Shown: positions 13,379-25,691 of the stretch, one piece after another
How the letters are laid out: each line of letters starts with the position of its first letter
Numbering within the stretch: the first letter of the stretch is position 1
Assembly (NCBI RefSeq): GCF_036321535.1
Contig: NC_087437.1
Span: 84,942,001-85,006,000 of the forward strand
Source: Camelus dromedarius
Taxonomy: Eukaryota
DNA: 64,000 nt
Reading direction: 5' to 3'
Notes under the pieces: model-generated
What the model was told of the DNA's origin: nothing
Database searches by the model: none
The model's input: only the letters and a program-made list of their open reading frames with translations
Position numbers and translations under genes: made by a program

Positions 13379-14435
13379 TTCTTTGTTTGATCAAGATCTT
13401 TCTCTGAAAGCATTGCTGATCAAGAGTCAAAATTTCTATTTTTAGTGGCTATTTGTCCCTCCATGTGGGGAAGGACCTTTCCTGGGTGTAGCGTCAAGCT
13501 GGAAGGAAAGTACGCAGATGGAAAACTTACTGAGGTCACATTTGAGTTACAAGAAAGAATAGAAGGGAGAACTCTCAAGTATTTTTTATGTATAGTCCAT
13601 ATGTTATCAATATCATAAATAGTGGAGGTCATCTGGATCATTATACCATCGTCAAACTTTGGTGACAAACTTTCAGCAGACCTAGTCCAGATATCTTGGG
13701 AATGCTGTCTCATATGATGTCTTCTGCTTCAATTACAGGCAATTTTTACTTTCAGGTCACTAGATGATGGATAGATCCAAATCAGTGTTCAGTATTTTCA
13801 TGAGGTGTGTCATGTGAATCCAAGAGTCTATTTCTTAGAGTTTGGTGGCACGCAGTTTGGTTAGTAGCACCTGATAGGGGCTTCTCCAGTAAGGTTGAAG
13901 AGAGTTCTTCTGGAGGTACCTTTTCCAGTAGAGGAAATATCCAGTCTGCGAGATAGGATGCCTCAGGTCTTTGTCTCCTGAGAGCACATTGTGAAAAGAT
14001 TGCTCTCTTAAAGCATGGTCATTTTAAATAGAAGCAGTTATGTCTTTACAATATTGGAGTATCTCTCTTTTTATCAGGTGTAGGTCAAAAGAAGCAGAAG
14101 CCAAGTGAATTTGGCATCCAGTGACTATCTCAAAGGATGAGAATTTATGAGTTCCATAAATGGTAGACCTGACATTTAGAAAGACCAGCAGCAATATTTT
14201 GGGGCAAGGTAGTTGGAGTGTCTCTACAGACTTTGCCAACTGAATCTTAATAGTGCCTCTAGTGTGCTCAACTGAACCAGAGGATTGAAGATGGTAAGCA
14301 CAGCCTGTAAGACTGATCAAATAGTACAGACTCGTCCAAGTACCTGGCTAGTAAAATGGGATTCTTGATCACTGTGAAGTTCTCTAGATAGGAGTAGTTG
14401 TTTCCAAAAGGACTTTAGCCTCTCTGCAAGGGAAA
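13379..14435 (-). mobile_element. ERV1-class (gammaretrovirus-like) internal remnant: integrase plus a short 3' region, env absent
   Basis: Integrase homology at 13775-14435 is followed by only about 400 bp before the LTR. Confidence 0.85.
13775..14435 (-). pseudogene. pol: Degenerate retroviral integrase (pol C-terminus)
   Basis: Minus-strand translation gives FPCR..AKVLLE.., ELHSDQESHFTSQV (second catalytic D), CAYHLQSSGSVEHT (catalytic E), LLLVFLNVRST..SSFEIVTG. The reading then continues in frame past a stop as ..LYWKRYLQKNSLQPYWRSPYQVLLT..KL*EIDSWIHMTHL (GPY/F-type C-terminal domain). It carries stops, deletions and frameshifts. Confidence 0.9.
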
Positions 14436-15463
14436 TCCTATAGGAAGCAGATAAGTCTTTGGGGATAGAAGGTTATGTGATTTTTGGAAGCAATGATCAA
14501 AGTTTGTTTAAACATCCAGTGTTAACATTTAACATTTGTTACTTGCTGATAATGTGTTTCCAGCTTCAGAAGAATGACTAAATTTATAAATTGCATTTGA
14601 TAGCATTTTACTTTTCAAACATATATGGTAGCTTAATTCATGCAAGAACAAATAAATCAAATTAAGTAAAATTAATTTTAGTAATATGCACCAGGTTTTC
14701 CCTCATGTAAAGTGCCTGTGCTAGCTTGTTAAAATGAATGTATATCACCAGGAGTAACTGAATAGATTAAATTTAATAAATCTGAAGCACTATACTAATT
14801 ATATTCACTTAAATAAATGTCTCTATGATGACTTTCACAAAATATTTCTGATGTTTAAATCATCACTAAAATCTATGATTGTCGATGAACTTTGAATTTA
14901 CCTTATACAACGTGTTTTTAAAAAGATATAAAAAAATAAAGCTTGGGACATTTTGTGAGACAAAAGAAGACTTACTGGACATGTCTTATAAAATTAGGAA
15001 CAGTGTGCTGCCAGCAATTGATTAGATATGGGTAAGTAGTGGTAATAGTACATATTACTTCACGTAAGTCATAAAGCCCTATGTTGACACAGGCTGTAAA
15101 ATTTTCTGGTAGAAACTTGCTGTTACTAATACTTGAAGTTCTCTGCTTAAAAATGAGCCTTTATTTTTAAAGGTATATTTATATGCTAAACTGTTTCCCC
15201 AAATAAATGGTAAATACCCTAGTCATACTTAAAATTAATTTGTTGTAGGGTCATGAGTTTTCTAGGTATCTCTTTATAGACATTCTTATGAATAATTTAG
15301 ATATTAGTGCAGTCATAGTTCATTACTTATAATAAATATTCTAGTCTGTGTCAAGATTTATTGGCTGTCATTTTCCATCTTTATTCTAGGACGTTTCGGT
15401 AAATCACGGACTCTTCTGCACGTGATATTTCACTTTGGTCCTACCATCAATATTTCTTTCAGT

Positions 15464-15620
15464 ACAATGGATATCTGTTGTTTGTGCTTGCCTAGCAACT
15501 TTTTTAAAATGTAATTCTGACTTATTACAGGTACCACTTTTCTTCCCCAAAACCTACATTTCATTCTCTCTGGTGGGACCAACCATATTTCCTTTCTCCA
15601 GGGGTGGCTAAAGATAGTCC
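15464..15620 (+). mobile_element. Possible ERVL LTR 5' fragment (LTR33/LTR16-like)
   Basis: 'tacaatggatatctgttgtttgtgcttgcctagca' resembles the start of LTR33-type LTRs. Short and diverged. Confidence 0.3.
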
Positions 15621-15749
15621 ACGCTTTCCATCATTCATATTCACCTATGCCATAAAGCAAGTTTACCTCATCTATAAAGTAAATTCATCCCAGTTCCCAG
15701 GATTCTGTTGGTTTCCATTTCCTGGAGAAACTTATAAAAAGTATTTTAA

Positions 15750-16400
15750 AAACACAGTCCTTGCAACTGCAGCTGGCCTACATCCTCCACTACCCATTCT
15801 AGATTCCCATCACCTTTGAATAACATCTTTCCTCATTGAAGTGATTTAGATGGTGGAGTACTCCAGAGTTTGCTTTCGAGTGGTCTACTTCTCTGATGGC
15901 CCTTGGTCACCATGCTTTTCAGTCTGAGCAGGTGCAGACTGCTGCATTTATTAATTTTAAGGAGAACAGCAATAGAGGCCCTAGTAAATGATCCAGAGCA
16001 AAATGTGTTATTTTCTGCTCCATTTTAAAACAGCAATATTAATTCTTTCTGAAGAATAGAGTCCTTTGCCCCTGCCAGAATAATTTTCTTTTACTTCTGT
16101 TTGTCTCCTAGCCATAAAGAGCTCAAGGCAAAAGGACGGTAGCCATGGCTTGAAGTTTAGTGGAACTCTTTCTGTTTCTCCTGATGAATGTGTTATCCCC
16201 ATGTCAGTAGGACTTCTAGAGGCATGTAGCCTAGAGTCTTAGAAACAGAAAACACAGATTCTCTAAGGTGGTCATTAGGAGTGGTAGTAAGTAGGGCCAT
16301 TTCTACTTTAACCTTTTGATTCCCATGCCCATATTTTGTATCTCTTGAGGGGAAAAGGTAATCATAGAAATTTTATTAGTGTTTTTAATATTTATATATT
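15750..16400 (-). pseudogene. pol: ERV-L-class pol 3' end / dUTPase remnant
   Basis: Minus-strand translations, in order: YGHGNQKVKVEMALLTTTPNDHL, GETERVPLNFKPWLP, DHLLGPLLL, LWSTPPSK, KGDGNLEWVVED. These are colinear with recalled ERV-L pol-terminal motifs (GSGNQGVE..VAPLTITP.DP; GDT..IPLNWKLRLP; GDPLGRLLVL; VWVTPPGK; EG.GNLEWVVE). Frameshifted. Confidence 0.8.
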
Positions 16401-16404
16401 TTCA

Positions 16405-17871
16405 TTTTTCTCTTGTATTGAAGAATAACTGATATACAATATTATATGTTACAGCTCTACAGCATAGTGATTCACAATTTTTAAAGGTTGTATTCCATTT
16501 ATACTATTATAAAATACTGGCTATATTCCCTGTATTGTACAGTATATACTTGTAGCTTATGTTGTATCTAGTAGTTTATACCACTTCATCTCCTATCCGT
16601 GTATTGCCCCTTACTTCTTCCCTCTTCCCACTGGTAACCACTAGTTTGTTCTCTATATCTACAAGTCTGCTTCTCATTTGTTATATTCACTCATTTGCTG
16701 TATTTTTTAGATTCTACATATAAGTGATATCATACTGTATGTGTCTTTCTCCATCTGACTTATTTCAGTTAGCATAACACCCTCCAAGTCTATCCGTGTT
16801 GCTGCAAATGGCAAAATCTCGTTCTTTTTATGGCTGAGTAGTATTGCATAGTGTGTATATACCACATCTATATCCATTCATCTGTTGATGGACACTTAGG
16901 TTGTTTCCGTATCTTGGCAATTGTAAATAATGCTGCAAATTACATTGGTGTATGTATATCTCAAATTAGTATTTTTGTTTTTTTCATATATATATACCCA
17001 GGAGTGGAATTGCTGGGTCATATGGTAGTTCTATGTTTAGTTTTTTGAGAAATCTCTATGGTTGCACCAATATATATCCCTGCCAACAGTGTACTAGGGT
17101 TTCCTTTTCTCCAAAACCTTGCTAACATTTATTTGTGGGGTTTTTTGGTGATAGCCATTCTGACACTTATGAGGTGATGTCTTATTTTGGTTTTGATTTG
17201 TGTTTCCCTGATGATTAGTAATGTTGAGCATCTTTTCATGTGCCTGCTGGCCATCTTCATTTCCTCTTTGGGAAAATGTCTATTCAGTTCTTCTTCCCAT
17301 TTTTCAGTCAGGTTGTTTATTGTTTTGATGTTGAGTCATATGAGTTGTTTATATATGTTGGATATTAATCCCTTACTGGTCACATTACTTGCAAATATTT
17401 TCCCTCATTCAGTAGGTTGTCTTTTCATTTTGTCAATGGTTTTCTTTGGTGTGCACAAACTTTTAAGTTTAATTAGGTCTCATTTGTTTATTTTTGCTTT
17501 TATTTTCTTTGGTTTAGGAGATGGATAAAAAAAATACTGCTGTGATTTACGTCAGAGATTTTTCTGCCTATGTTTTGCTCTAGGAATTTTATAATATCTG
17601 GTCTTACATTTAGGTCTTTAATCTATTTTGAGTTTATTTTTGTATATGGTGTTAAAGAATATTCTACTTTCTTTCTTTTACATGTAGCTGTCCAGTTTTC
17701 CCAGCACCACTTACTACAGACTGTCTTTTTTCCATTGTATATTCTTGCCTCTTTTTTCATACATTAATTGGCCTTAGGTGTTCAGGTTTATCTTGGACTC
17801 TCTAGTATGTTCCATTGATCTATGTGTCTGTTTTTATACCAATATCATACTGTTTTGCTTATTGTAACTTT
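16405..17871 (-). mobile_element. L1 (cetartiodactyl/L1MA-like): 3' UTR plus ORF2 C-terminal part; host of a nested L1
   Basis: Antisense L1 3' end 'tattgaagaataactgatatacaatattatatg...', then the classic ORF2 3' sequence (tccattcatctgttgatggacacttaggttg...; gttgagcatcttttcatgtgcctgctggccatc...; ccagttttcccagcaccacttact...). Confidence 0.95.
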
Positions 17872-18672
17872 TAAAATATATATTTTTTTATTGAAGTATA
17901 GTCAGTTTACAATGTTGTGTCAGTTTCTGATATACAGTACAATTCTTCAATCATATAGGAACATACATATATTTATTTTCATATTCTTTTTCACCATAAG
18001 TTACAAGATATTGAATATAGTTCCCTGTACTATACAATATAAACTTGTTGTTTATCTATTTTATGTATATTAGTATCTGCAAATCTAGAACTCCCAATTT
18101 ATCCCTTCCTACCCCCTTCTCACCCTGGTAACTCTAAGTTTGTTTTCTATGTCTGTGAGTCTGTTTCTGTTTTGTAAATAAGTTCATGTGTCTCTTTTTT
18201 AGATTCCAGATATAAGTGATATCATATGGCATTTTTCCATTTTTCTTTCTCTTTTTGGCTTATTTCACATAGAATGACATTCTTCAGGTCCATCCATGTT
18301 GCTACAAATGACATTATTTTATTATTTTTTATGGCTGAGTAGTATTCCATTGTATAAATATGCCACAGCTTCTTTATCCAGTCATCTGTTGATGGACATT
18401 TAGGTTGTTTCCTTGTCTTGGCTACTGTAAATAGTGCTGCTATGAACATTGGGGTGCATGTGTCTTTTTGAATTAAAGATCCATCTGAATATATGCCCAG
18501 GAATGGGATTGTTGGATCACATGGTAAGTCTATTTTTAGTTTTTTGAGGAATCGCCATACTATTTTCCATAATGGATATACCATATTACCTTCCCACCAA
18601 CAGTATAAGAAGATTCTATTTTCTCCACACCCTCTCCAGCATTTGTAGTATTTTTTGTTTATAGTAGTATAC
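17872..18672 (-). mobile_element. Younger 5'-truncated L1 nested in the previous L1
   Basis: A second poly-T plus a distinct 3' UTR ('ttgaagtatagtcagtttacaatgttgtgtcagtttctg...'), and the ORF2 Cys-rich domain ([79 protein letters not shown]). 'acttt' flanks both sides (17867-17871, 18673-18677). Confidence 0.95.
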
Positions 18673-18771
18673 ACTTTGTGGTATAGTCTGAAGTCAGGGA
18701 GTGTGATTCCTCCAGCTCTGTTCTTCTTTCTCAAGATTTTTTGGCTATTTGGGATCTTTTGTGTTTCTATA
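18673..18771 (-). mobile_element. Continuation of the host L1 (ORF2)
   Basis: 'actttgtggtatagtctgaagtcagggagtgtgattcctccagctctgttcttctttctcaag' resumes where the host L1 broke off. It translates as ILRKKNRAGGITLPDFRLYHK. Confidence 0.9.
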
Positions 18772-19699
18772 ATAGAAGCAAAAGCTGTGTGATTCCACAC
18801 TAGTTGAGGTTTTAAATTGCTGAACACTACCTGGGTAGTACTCCTTTCAGATGAAATAGGCAAACTCAAGGTACTACTGAAGAAATAAGATTAACATGCA
18901 GCAATCATAGTATTTTAGAAACCTTTGTGAGTTTGAAAATAGTTAAATAATATGAAGAAATGACAAGAAATTATTCCCAAATTGAATATAATAATTAGAT
19001 ACACCAATTAAGTAATTGTACATGAATTTGATGGGGCTTATGACACAATAATTATGAGACATTTTCCTAAAAGTACATGTTTATGTTTACTATTATTGGT
19101 TGCCTATTCCATTTTGGGAAATAAGAATCTTCGATTTTTGGTAAAGTTAAAATTGCTTGTATCTGCTGACCTTTTTATACGGCTCTATTAAACTCTCTTA
19201 ATTCTTTGGGTTGACTAGAATCTCTACGAATCAAAGGTTCATAGTCAGTTGGAACTGAAAATACCCAGCTAGGTGAAGTGCAGGAACCATCCATGTTGTA
19301 CCGTATAAAACTCTTCGGAGTGAGTGGTTCAGTTGAATATAAAGGAGCTAATAATAGAGACAGCAGTAACTAAACTGGATTGAAGAGTCAGATTCTGTTA
19401 GATTAGCAGTAGGTGTATTAATCCCAAACTTTACATTATAAAGTTCTCTTTTGTTGAATCTTTTAACTTTTTCTCTGAAGACATATCTATCTAAAGCCAA
19501 AATTTTGACATTTCCTGCTTTGCACACTATCTCTTAGCCATAGAAAATCCTTTCTAAAATTGTATAAAATAAACAAAGTTCTAAGTTGCAAAATAATTTT
19601 AAAAATAAAGATTGAAAAGAAATACCATTTTTAAGGTGTACCATATTTTTTAATGGTATAGTACTTAAATAAAACTAATACAAAATATAAACAAATGTA

Positions 19700-19875
19700 T
19701 AAGTTTAATGTTTAGTCTTTCTGAACTTGCTTCTTAATTTATAAAGCAAAATATCTACATCATATAATTATTTTGAGATTTTAATTAGGCAATATATTTT
19801 AAGTGCTTAGTAGAGTACCTGAAACATACATTATTACATATTAAATGAATTATGGCTGTTACTAATTTTGTTATT
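19700..19875 (+). mobile_element. MIR 3' half
   Basis: 'ttttgagattttaattaggcaatatattttaagtgcttagtagagtacctgaaacata...' matches the MIR 3' consensus (gaggattaaatgagataat..gtaaagtgcttagcacagtgcctggcacatag). Confidence 0.55.
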
Positions 19876-21477
19876 ATTGAGTGTAATTGTTTACCAGATA
19901 AATATTTGGTTGGTGAAAAAGGAGTTAAGCATTAATATATAAAAATTTTTCTATCTGTGTATTGGAGAATTTGCCAACAACCCAAGTTACTAGTATGTTT
20001 AGAATTTTAAACATTTCAGATGTCTTTAAAATTAACTTTATATTTGTAATTCAGATACTCCTATAAATTATTGCTCAATTTTGCTCAACTCTTGCTCATA
20101 AATCTAAAATAAAACAACTTTAGGAAAAGTAACTTTAAAAGAGTTGGCGTCTTAATATCCTTAAGAGTTAGACTACTTTTAAAGTATTAAAAGTTGATTT
20201 CACTCTTTTAAAAAATAATTATTTCTAGAAAGTTACTGTAGATTCAGATTATAACACTGCAGTATAATTATGGTTCAGATGGTACTGTTATTCTTAGCTC
20301 ATACTTTCATTTGTATATAACTTCATGACAAGTACCTTTTCAGGCTAGAATTTCTCACACTTTTCAAGCAAAAAATAGAAAGTTTTTTCTGTAGATTGTT
20401 TGAATAAGCAACAGTTCACCAACTTCTAGTTTAAAAAGAGTGTTTTATAAATGCTGTAAAAAAGTTTTACTTGTTTTTTTCCTAATTTTTAATAGTCCTT
20501 TTTCATTTATATTTGGTTTGCACTTTCATTTTTATATATACTCTAAACTTTCCATAATGTGCTATGAGAATAGCATGCTGTATTGAAAAATAGTATTAAG
20601 TGGGAATTCAGTGATTATTTAATAAAAATTAATTTTATATGCTATCCATATCTTTAAGAATAAATAAAGCAAACTATTTACAGAAAATTTTTAAAACCAA
20701 TCTGAAATTGTATATTAAATTTTATAGTTATATGATGTCATCTGGAATGTTTTTCTCTGGAGAATCAATTCATTTGTGGCAAGATTCCATGAATAGTTCA
20801 GGATGGTAGTAGAGCTGGCAAAAGCCCAGAATTATGGCAAGTGGATAATAGCAGAAGTTTAGGGTTACAAACTATGAACACTAAATTGAGAGATAGAAAG
20901 TATTCCCCAGGATCTCCCCAGTCTCCCTATAGGCACCAGGACCATACCTGATTGGCAGCCATCACATCCAGTATTTCTGACTGTTTTGTGGTGGAATGGT
21001 GAAGAAAACCATGCTGAATAGTGAAGCTGAGTCTGCTGTTGTACTTTTTAACTTCATCAGCATTGCTGTGGCATCTGTGAAGAGACCTTCTAGACTCCCT
21101 CATGCAAAAACTGCTCTATAATTAGTGGTTGCTATTTGTAGATTCTGTTTGTATTTACTGTTCTACATATTTGTCTGCAATGAAACATTTGCTCAAAAAT
21201 TCAGCTCATCTTTGATTTTTTAAAAGATGTAATAGCCTGTCCAAATGCTGCTTCCCCTGTTTTACATAGCCATGTGGCCTACTGGAAATGGTGATGAAAC
21301 CATCCTGACCATCTCATCAAATTCTGAATACCTTGTCAAATCTCTATGACCTAGTACTGGTCCACTCACAATATAATAATGATAATAGTGCCTAATTATT
21401 AAGTCTTACTCTTTATGTGCTGTGTTTAACATGTCTTTGTACGGGATGTATAATCAAACAGTTCTTGGTCCATAGCC

Positions 21478-21954
21478 TGTAGTAGGCAGAGTGATCCTCA
21501 CTTCTACTCCCAAAGATGTCTATGTCCTAATCCCCAGAATCTTTAAATATGTTACATTATATGATAAGGAAACATTGAGACCAGGGAAGGAATTAAGGTT
21601 GTTAATCATCTGACTTTGCCATGGGGAGATTTTCCTAAATTAACTGGGTTGGCACAGTGTATTCTGAAGAGGGAGGTAGGAAAATCAATGTCAGCATGAG
21701 AAAGTCTCAACAGGCCTTTGCTGGCTCTGAAAACAGAAGAACAACAGGCAGCTCCTAGAATCTGGAAAAGGCAAGGACACAGATTCTCCCCTACAAACTG
21801 CAGAAGAAGCACAATTCTCCTGACACCTTGATTTTAGTCCTGTGAGCTCTGTTTTGACTGCTGACTTTGAGAAATGTTAAAAAAAAAAAAATTTGTTATT
21901 GTCAATAACAAAGTTCATGAAAATTTGTTACAGCAGCAACAGTAATCTAATACA
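21478..21954 (+). mobile_element. MaLR solo LTR, MLT1D-like
   Basis: TG...CA ends. Sequence runs 'tgtagtaggcagagt..cccaaagatgtctatgtcctaatccccagaa..', 'ctagaatctggaaaaggcaaggacacagattctcccctac..', 'gacaccttgattttagtcc', 'tttgttacagcagcaacagtaatctaataca'. Confidence 0.9.
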
Positions 21955-22520
21955 ACTCATCTTCACTGTGGCTATTAATGTGCATAATGGGAGCAAGAGT
22001 AAAGATTGTAGGAGGACACAACATTTCCTTAAAATGATTATTTAATAGATCATCAAAGTCTTGATAGGAATTCCATGTAGACTGAAAATAAATTGATTTT
22101 TTGTTTGTTTTTGTTTTTTTGGAAAGTGGGGGCAATATACAAATTTATTCTGAACTGAGGGAATAAAAATTAAACACTTGAGATTGTGAATGGGTAAAAG
22201 TAGAAGATTTTTGACAAATAGAAGTTCAGCTGATTCCTGAAGAACAAGGCTTCACCAAAGCATGGCACGTTCTAAGAGATGACGCCGTTTGTGATGTTAA
22301 GAAAGCATGTATATGACACATATTATCTGTTGAATTGATTCATTAATACTTTAGCAACATGACTTCATTGTTAGAGTGTGTGGGTATCACAGCTCTGATC
22401 ATCAGATAAAAATACTTAGGCTTAGCTTAAGTTTACTTACTTGGGTCACTCCAAACTTCCCCTATAATATCTAATGTCTATTTTGTGGTAGCAAATTTGG
22501 TGCTAAAGATAGAACCCAGG

Positions 22521-22924
22521 TGTTATGAGCTGAATTTTGTCTAGTGCAAAATTCGTATGTTGAAGTCCTAATCCCCCAGTACTTCAGAATATGACAGTAT
22601 TTGATGATAGGGTTTTTAAAGAGATGATTAAGTTCAAATGAGGTCATTAGGTGGGCCCTAATCCAGTATGAATGATATTCTTATAGGAAGAGAAAGTTTA
22701 GGCAAAGGCATGTACAGAGGAAAGACCATGTAAACACACAGAGATAAGACAGCCATTTATAAGCCAGGGAGAGTAGCCTGAAACAGATACTTCCTTCATG
22801 ACCTTCAGAAGAAGACAGTCTTGCTGATACCTTGATCCCAGACTTGTAGCCTCCAGAACTCTGAAAAAATGCGTTTCTGTTATTTAAGCCACCCTATTTG
22901 TGGCAAACTTAGCAAACTGATGCA
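22521..22924 (+). mobile_element. MaLR solo LTR, MLT1B-like
   Basis: 'tgttatgagctgaatt..aaaattcgtatgttgaagtcctaatccccagtacttcagaat..gtgggccctaatcc..gcctccagaact..tttaagccacc..agcaaactgatgca'. The flanks ccagg/ccaga form a 4/5 TSD. Confidence 0.9.
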
Positions 22925-23899
22925 CCAGAGCAAATTGACCCCATTCAAATATCAATGGCTGTCTTTGTATTTTCTTCATAACATCTTTTTTAATATTTGT
23001 TATTGAAAAAGGAATCAGAAACAGATTATGCCATTAATGGATTTTATTATAACTGGTATCTTCCTAACTAAGCAAACTATAAGATCTAGAGTATACAAAC
23101 AAGTTACCACAGTACCAAGTCAATAATGCAAATTGAAAGAAAAGCCAAACAAAAACTGGGGAATAGCAATTATGTGTTTAATGAAACACCAAAAACAAGA
23201 GTGTTGTAAGCCTAAGGGGCAATGATGTCTTCCAGAACATTCTGGACAACCTATTTGGAGAAAGAGAGCAGTAACAGCAGTAACTTAGAAAACAGAAGGG
23301 AAAGCAAGTGCAGACAGCCAGCCTGAAATAAGAGCCATAAGTCTGGAACCGATGGAAAAATGAGAACTAGCCTGGAAAAATAAAAATAGTAACAGATGTA
23401 GCAGCTCCTCATGAAAGAAATTTCTGTTAAATATTTTATTTTTTAAGAATAATTTTATTCTAGATAGCTCTGATGGGCAGCCATTGCACAACTGTGACAG
23501 CAAAAGATGTGCTTTACTCAACTGTATGTAGTAGCACACCAGGCTTTTTTACATCATGAAGAAGCAAAACCAAATGCTGATAGGTATTATTTCACTTTTG
23601 CCTTATTTTCATAGTGTGTTTTCCAGTATTAACACCGCAACACCTTTATTTTCTATGATGCTATTTAAAGCCTTTGCTCACTGAAGTCAGTGCTCGGTTT
23701 TAGGATGATCCTTGGTCTCCTGCTTACCGCTATGAGGTTTGCTTGTAAGTTAAGGTAAAAAATTCTCATGCTGGGAGAAAAGTTAAGTGCAGTTTGTTAC
23801 TTCAAAAAGTAGTATATACAATAATAAGTATTACTAGCAAACTAACACATAATATTTTATAGAAGTTAAACTGTAGTGAAAATTATAAAAATGAAGAGC

Positions 23900-24290
23900 A
23901 TTGTTTTTTCTCCATTTCCTAAATTTAATTTTATTATCTTATGTTAATTAGTTTAAGAAATGTCTAGCCATATACATTCTTACATTTTATACAATTTTTT
24001 TGTGTGTTTAAACAAATTACAGTGCGACTATTCCACAGTTTGCATTTTCTATGTATCAAGATGCCTTGTGCATTTTTTCATGTTAACACCTATGAAACCT
24101 ACTTGGTTTTTTTATTGATTATTGAATTTTATTTTTATAGATGTAGCAGAATTTAAAAAATAGACATCTTTTGGTAGGCATTAGGCTATTTCCAGTTGTC
24201 TTCTATTACTAAGCATTATCTACTGCATATCTTTTTACAACATCTTCATTCACTTTTGCAAGGCTATTTGTAGGATAAAGTTGAAGAGGA
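23900..24290 (-). mobile_element. Ancient L1 (L1ME-like) fragment
   Basis: 'ttggtaggcattaggctatttccagttgtcttctattac...ttgtaggataaagtt' resembles the antisense L1ME ORF2 end and 3' UTR. Confidence 0.6.
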
Positions 24291-24304
24291 AAAAAATTGT
24301 TCCT

Positions 24305-24977
24305 GTCCCTTTAAAATACATCCAGGCTATATTCCTTTTAAAACTCCTGCTTCCAGATCTCCAAGCCACCACCCTCTGTCCCCCAGATCATTGTCTCTTG
24401 CTTCTTTACTCTTGCTCCCCTACAACTAGCCTCAATTCAGTAGACAAGATATCATCCTTTGCTCAAAATCTTCCAAGTTTTACCATTTTATTCAGAAGAA
24501 TTCATGCCTTATTAATCTCTTCATCACCTCACATCCTTCACAGGAGCTTTCTTGCCATTTCTCAAGCACGCCAGGCCACATGGCCTTTGTATTAGCTATT
24601 TTTTCGGCAGCATATGTGTTTCCGTGTAAATTGTGGAAGGGCAATCCCTTACCCTGTTGAAGTCTGTTTTCAAATGCCAACGTCTCAGTCTTACTTTGAC
24701 CAACACGTGAAGTAATGTCCAACCCCTTATTCTACACTCCTGATACACATTCTTCTATTCTTTTTTATTTAAGAGAATTTTCATACAATGCTTATTACTT
24801 TCTAAATATATAATTTATAATTTACCTATTTGCTACATTTTCTCTCTTTTTCTATTAGATTATATGATTCATTATAACAGGAACTTTTGTCTGTTGTGTT
24901 TACTGATATGTCCTAGATACCAAAAAAGTTCTGGTAATTTAAGCACTCAGTAAGTACACAATGAGTAATGAATGAAT
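24305..24977 (+). mobile_element. L2 3' portion
   Basis: Pyrimidine-rich L2 body (ctttgctcaaaatcttcc..; cacatggcctttgtattagct..) ending in the L2 terminus 'gcactcagtaagtac..gaatgaat'. Confidence 0.8.
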
Positions 24978-25242
24978 CAAATGTTGTGTTCATTTTAAAT
25001 GATAAATTTTGAGCATTTGTCCCCTAGAAAGCCTCTAAAAGACAGTTCTCTTCACACACTCATGACAATTGTACTTTATTAAATATTTTACTCCATCTAG
25101 GAGAAACTTAGAGGCAGACAGACCACATTCAGTATGGAAGTTGGCTATGATGTCCTGTTATGCCCACATAAAACGTGAGCATTTTACCATGGAAAACTGC
25201 CCTCCTATAAAGTGTAATGAAATCAGAACAATGGAAGCTGAC

Positions 25243-25617
25243 TGTTTAGTTTGCTCAGGCTGCCATAACAAAGTACCACAGACTAGATGGCTTAGACAAG
25301 AGAAGTATATTTTGTTATAATTTTGCAGGCTGGAAGTCTGAAAACAAGGCATGGACAGTGTCAGTTTCTTCTGAAGCCTCTCTCCTTGGCTTGTAGATGA
25401 CAGCCTTTCCTCTTTGTTTTCACCTGATCTTTTCTCTGATATATGTCTTTTTTTACAAAGACACAGTCCTATTGAATTAGAGCTCACACTAATAACCTCA
25501 TTTTTAACTTACTTGCCTCTTTAAAGAGCTTATCTCCAAATACAGCCATGTTCAGAGATACTGGGGGTTAGGACATCAATATAGGAATTTCGGTGGAAAT
25601 TAAATTTACCCATAATA
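25243..25617 (-). mobile_element. MaLR solo LTR, MLT1A-like
   Basis: 'tagtttgctcaggctgccataacaaagtaccacagact..ggctggaagtctga..tctctccttggcttgtagatg..tctccaaatacagccat..gggggttaggac' is the antisense MLT1A pattern. Confidence 0.9.
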
Positions 25618-25691
25618 CTGATACTAAATTGTCCACTTTTCTTCTTAAGGGTGGTGATGAAGGTTCTTCTTCTCAAGAGTGACACAGCTTT

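Noticed and set aside
13420..13713. 97-aa ORF between integrase and LTR as a possible env
   Set aside because: It shows no signal peptide, furin site, immunosuppressive domain or CX6CC motif, and the region is too short.
15370..15430. Acceptor-like site with four CpGs (possible coding exon or 9-nt microexon)
   Set aside because: The donor is weak, no peptide is recognisable, and it is far too small for a CpG island.
16851..18073. Plus-strand hydrophobic ORFs (16851, 17187, 17570, 17822)
   Set aside because: They are antisense translations of L1 sequence, a well-known source of false genes.
20800..21110. Slightly GC-richer block resembling a processed pseudogene
   Set aside because: The frames I translated gave no recognisable protein, and there is no poly(A) tail or TSD.
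24603..24612. TTCGGCAGCA match to the U6 snRNA 5' region
   Set aside because: Only 10 nt, located inside an L2, with no extension or TSD.
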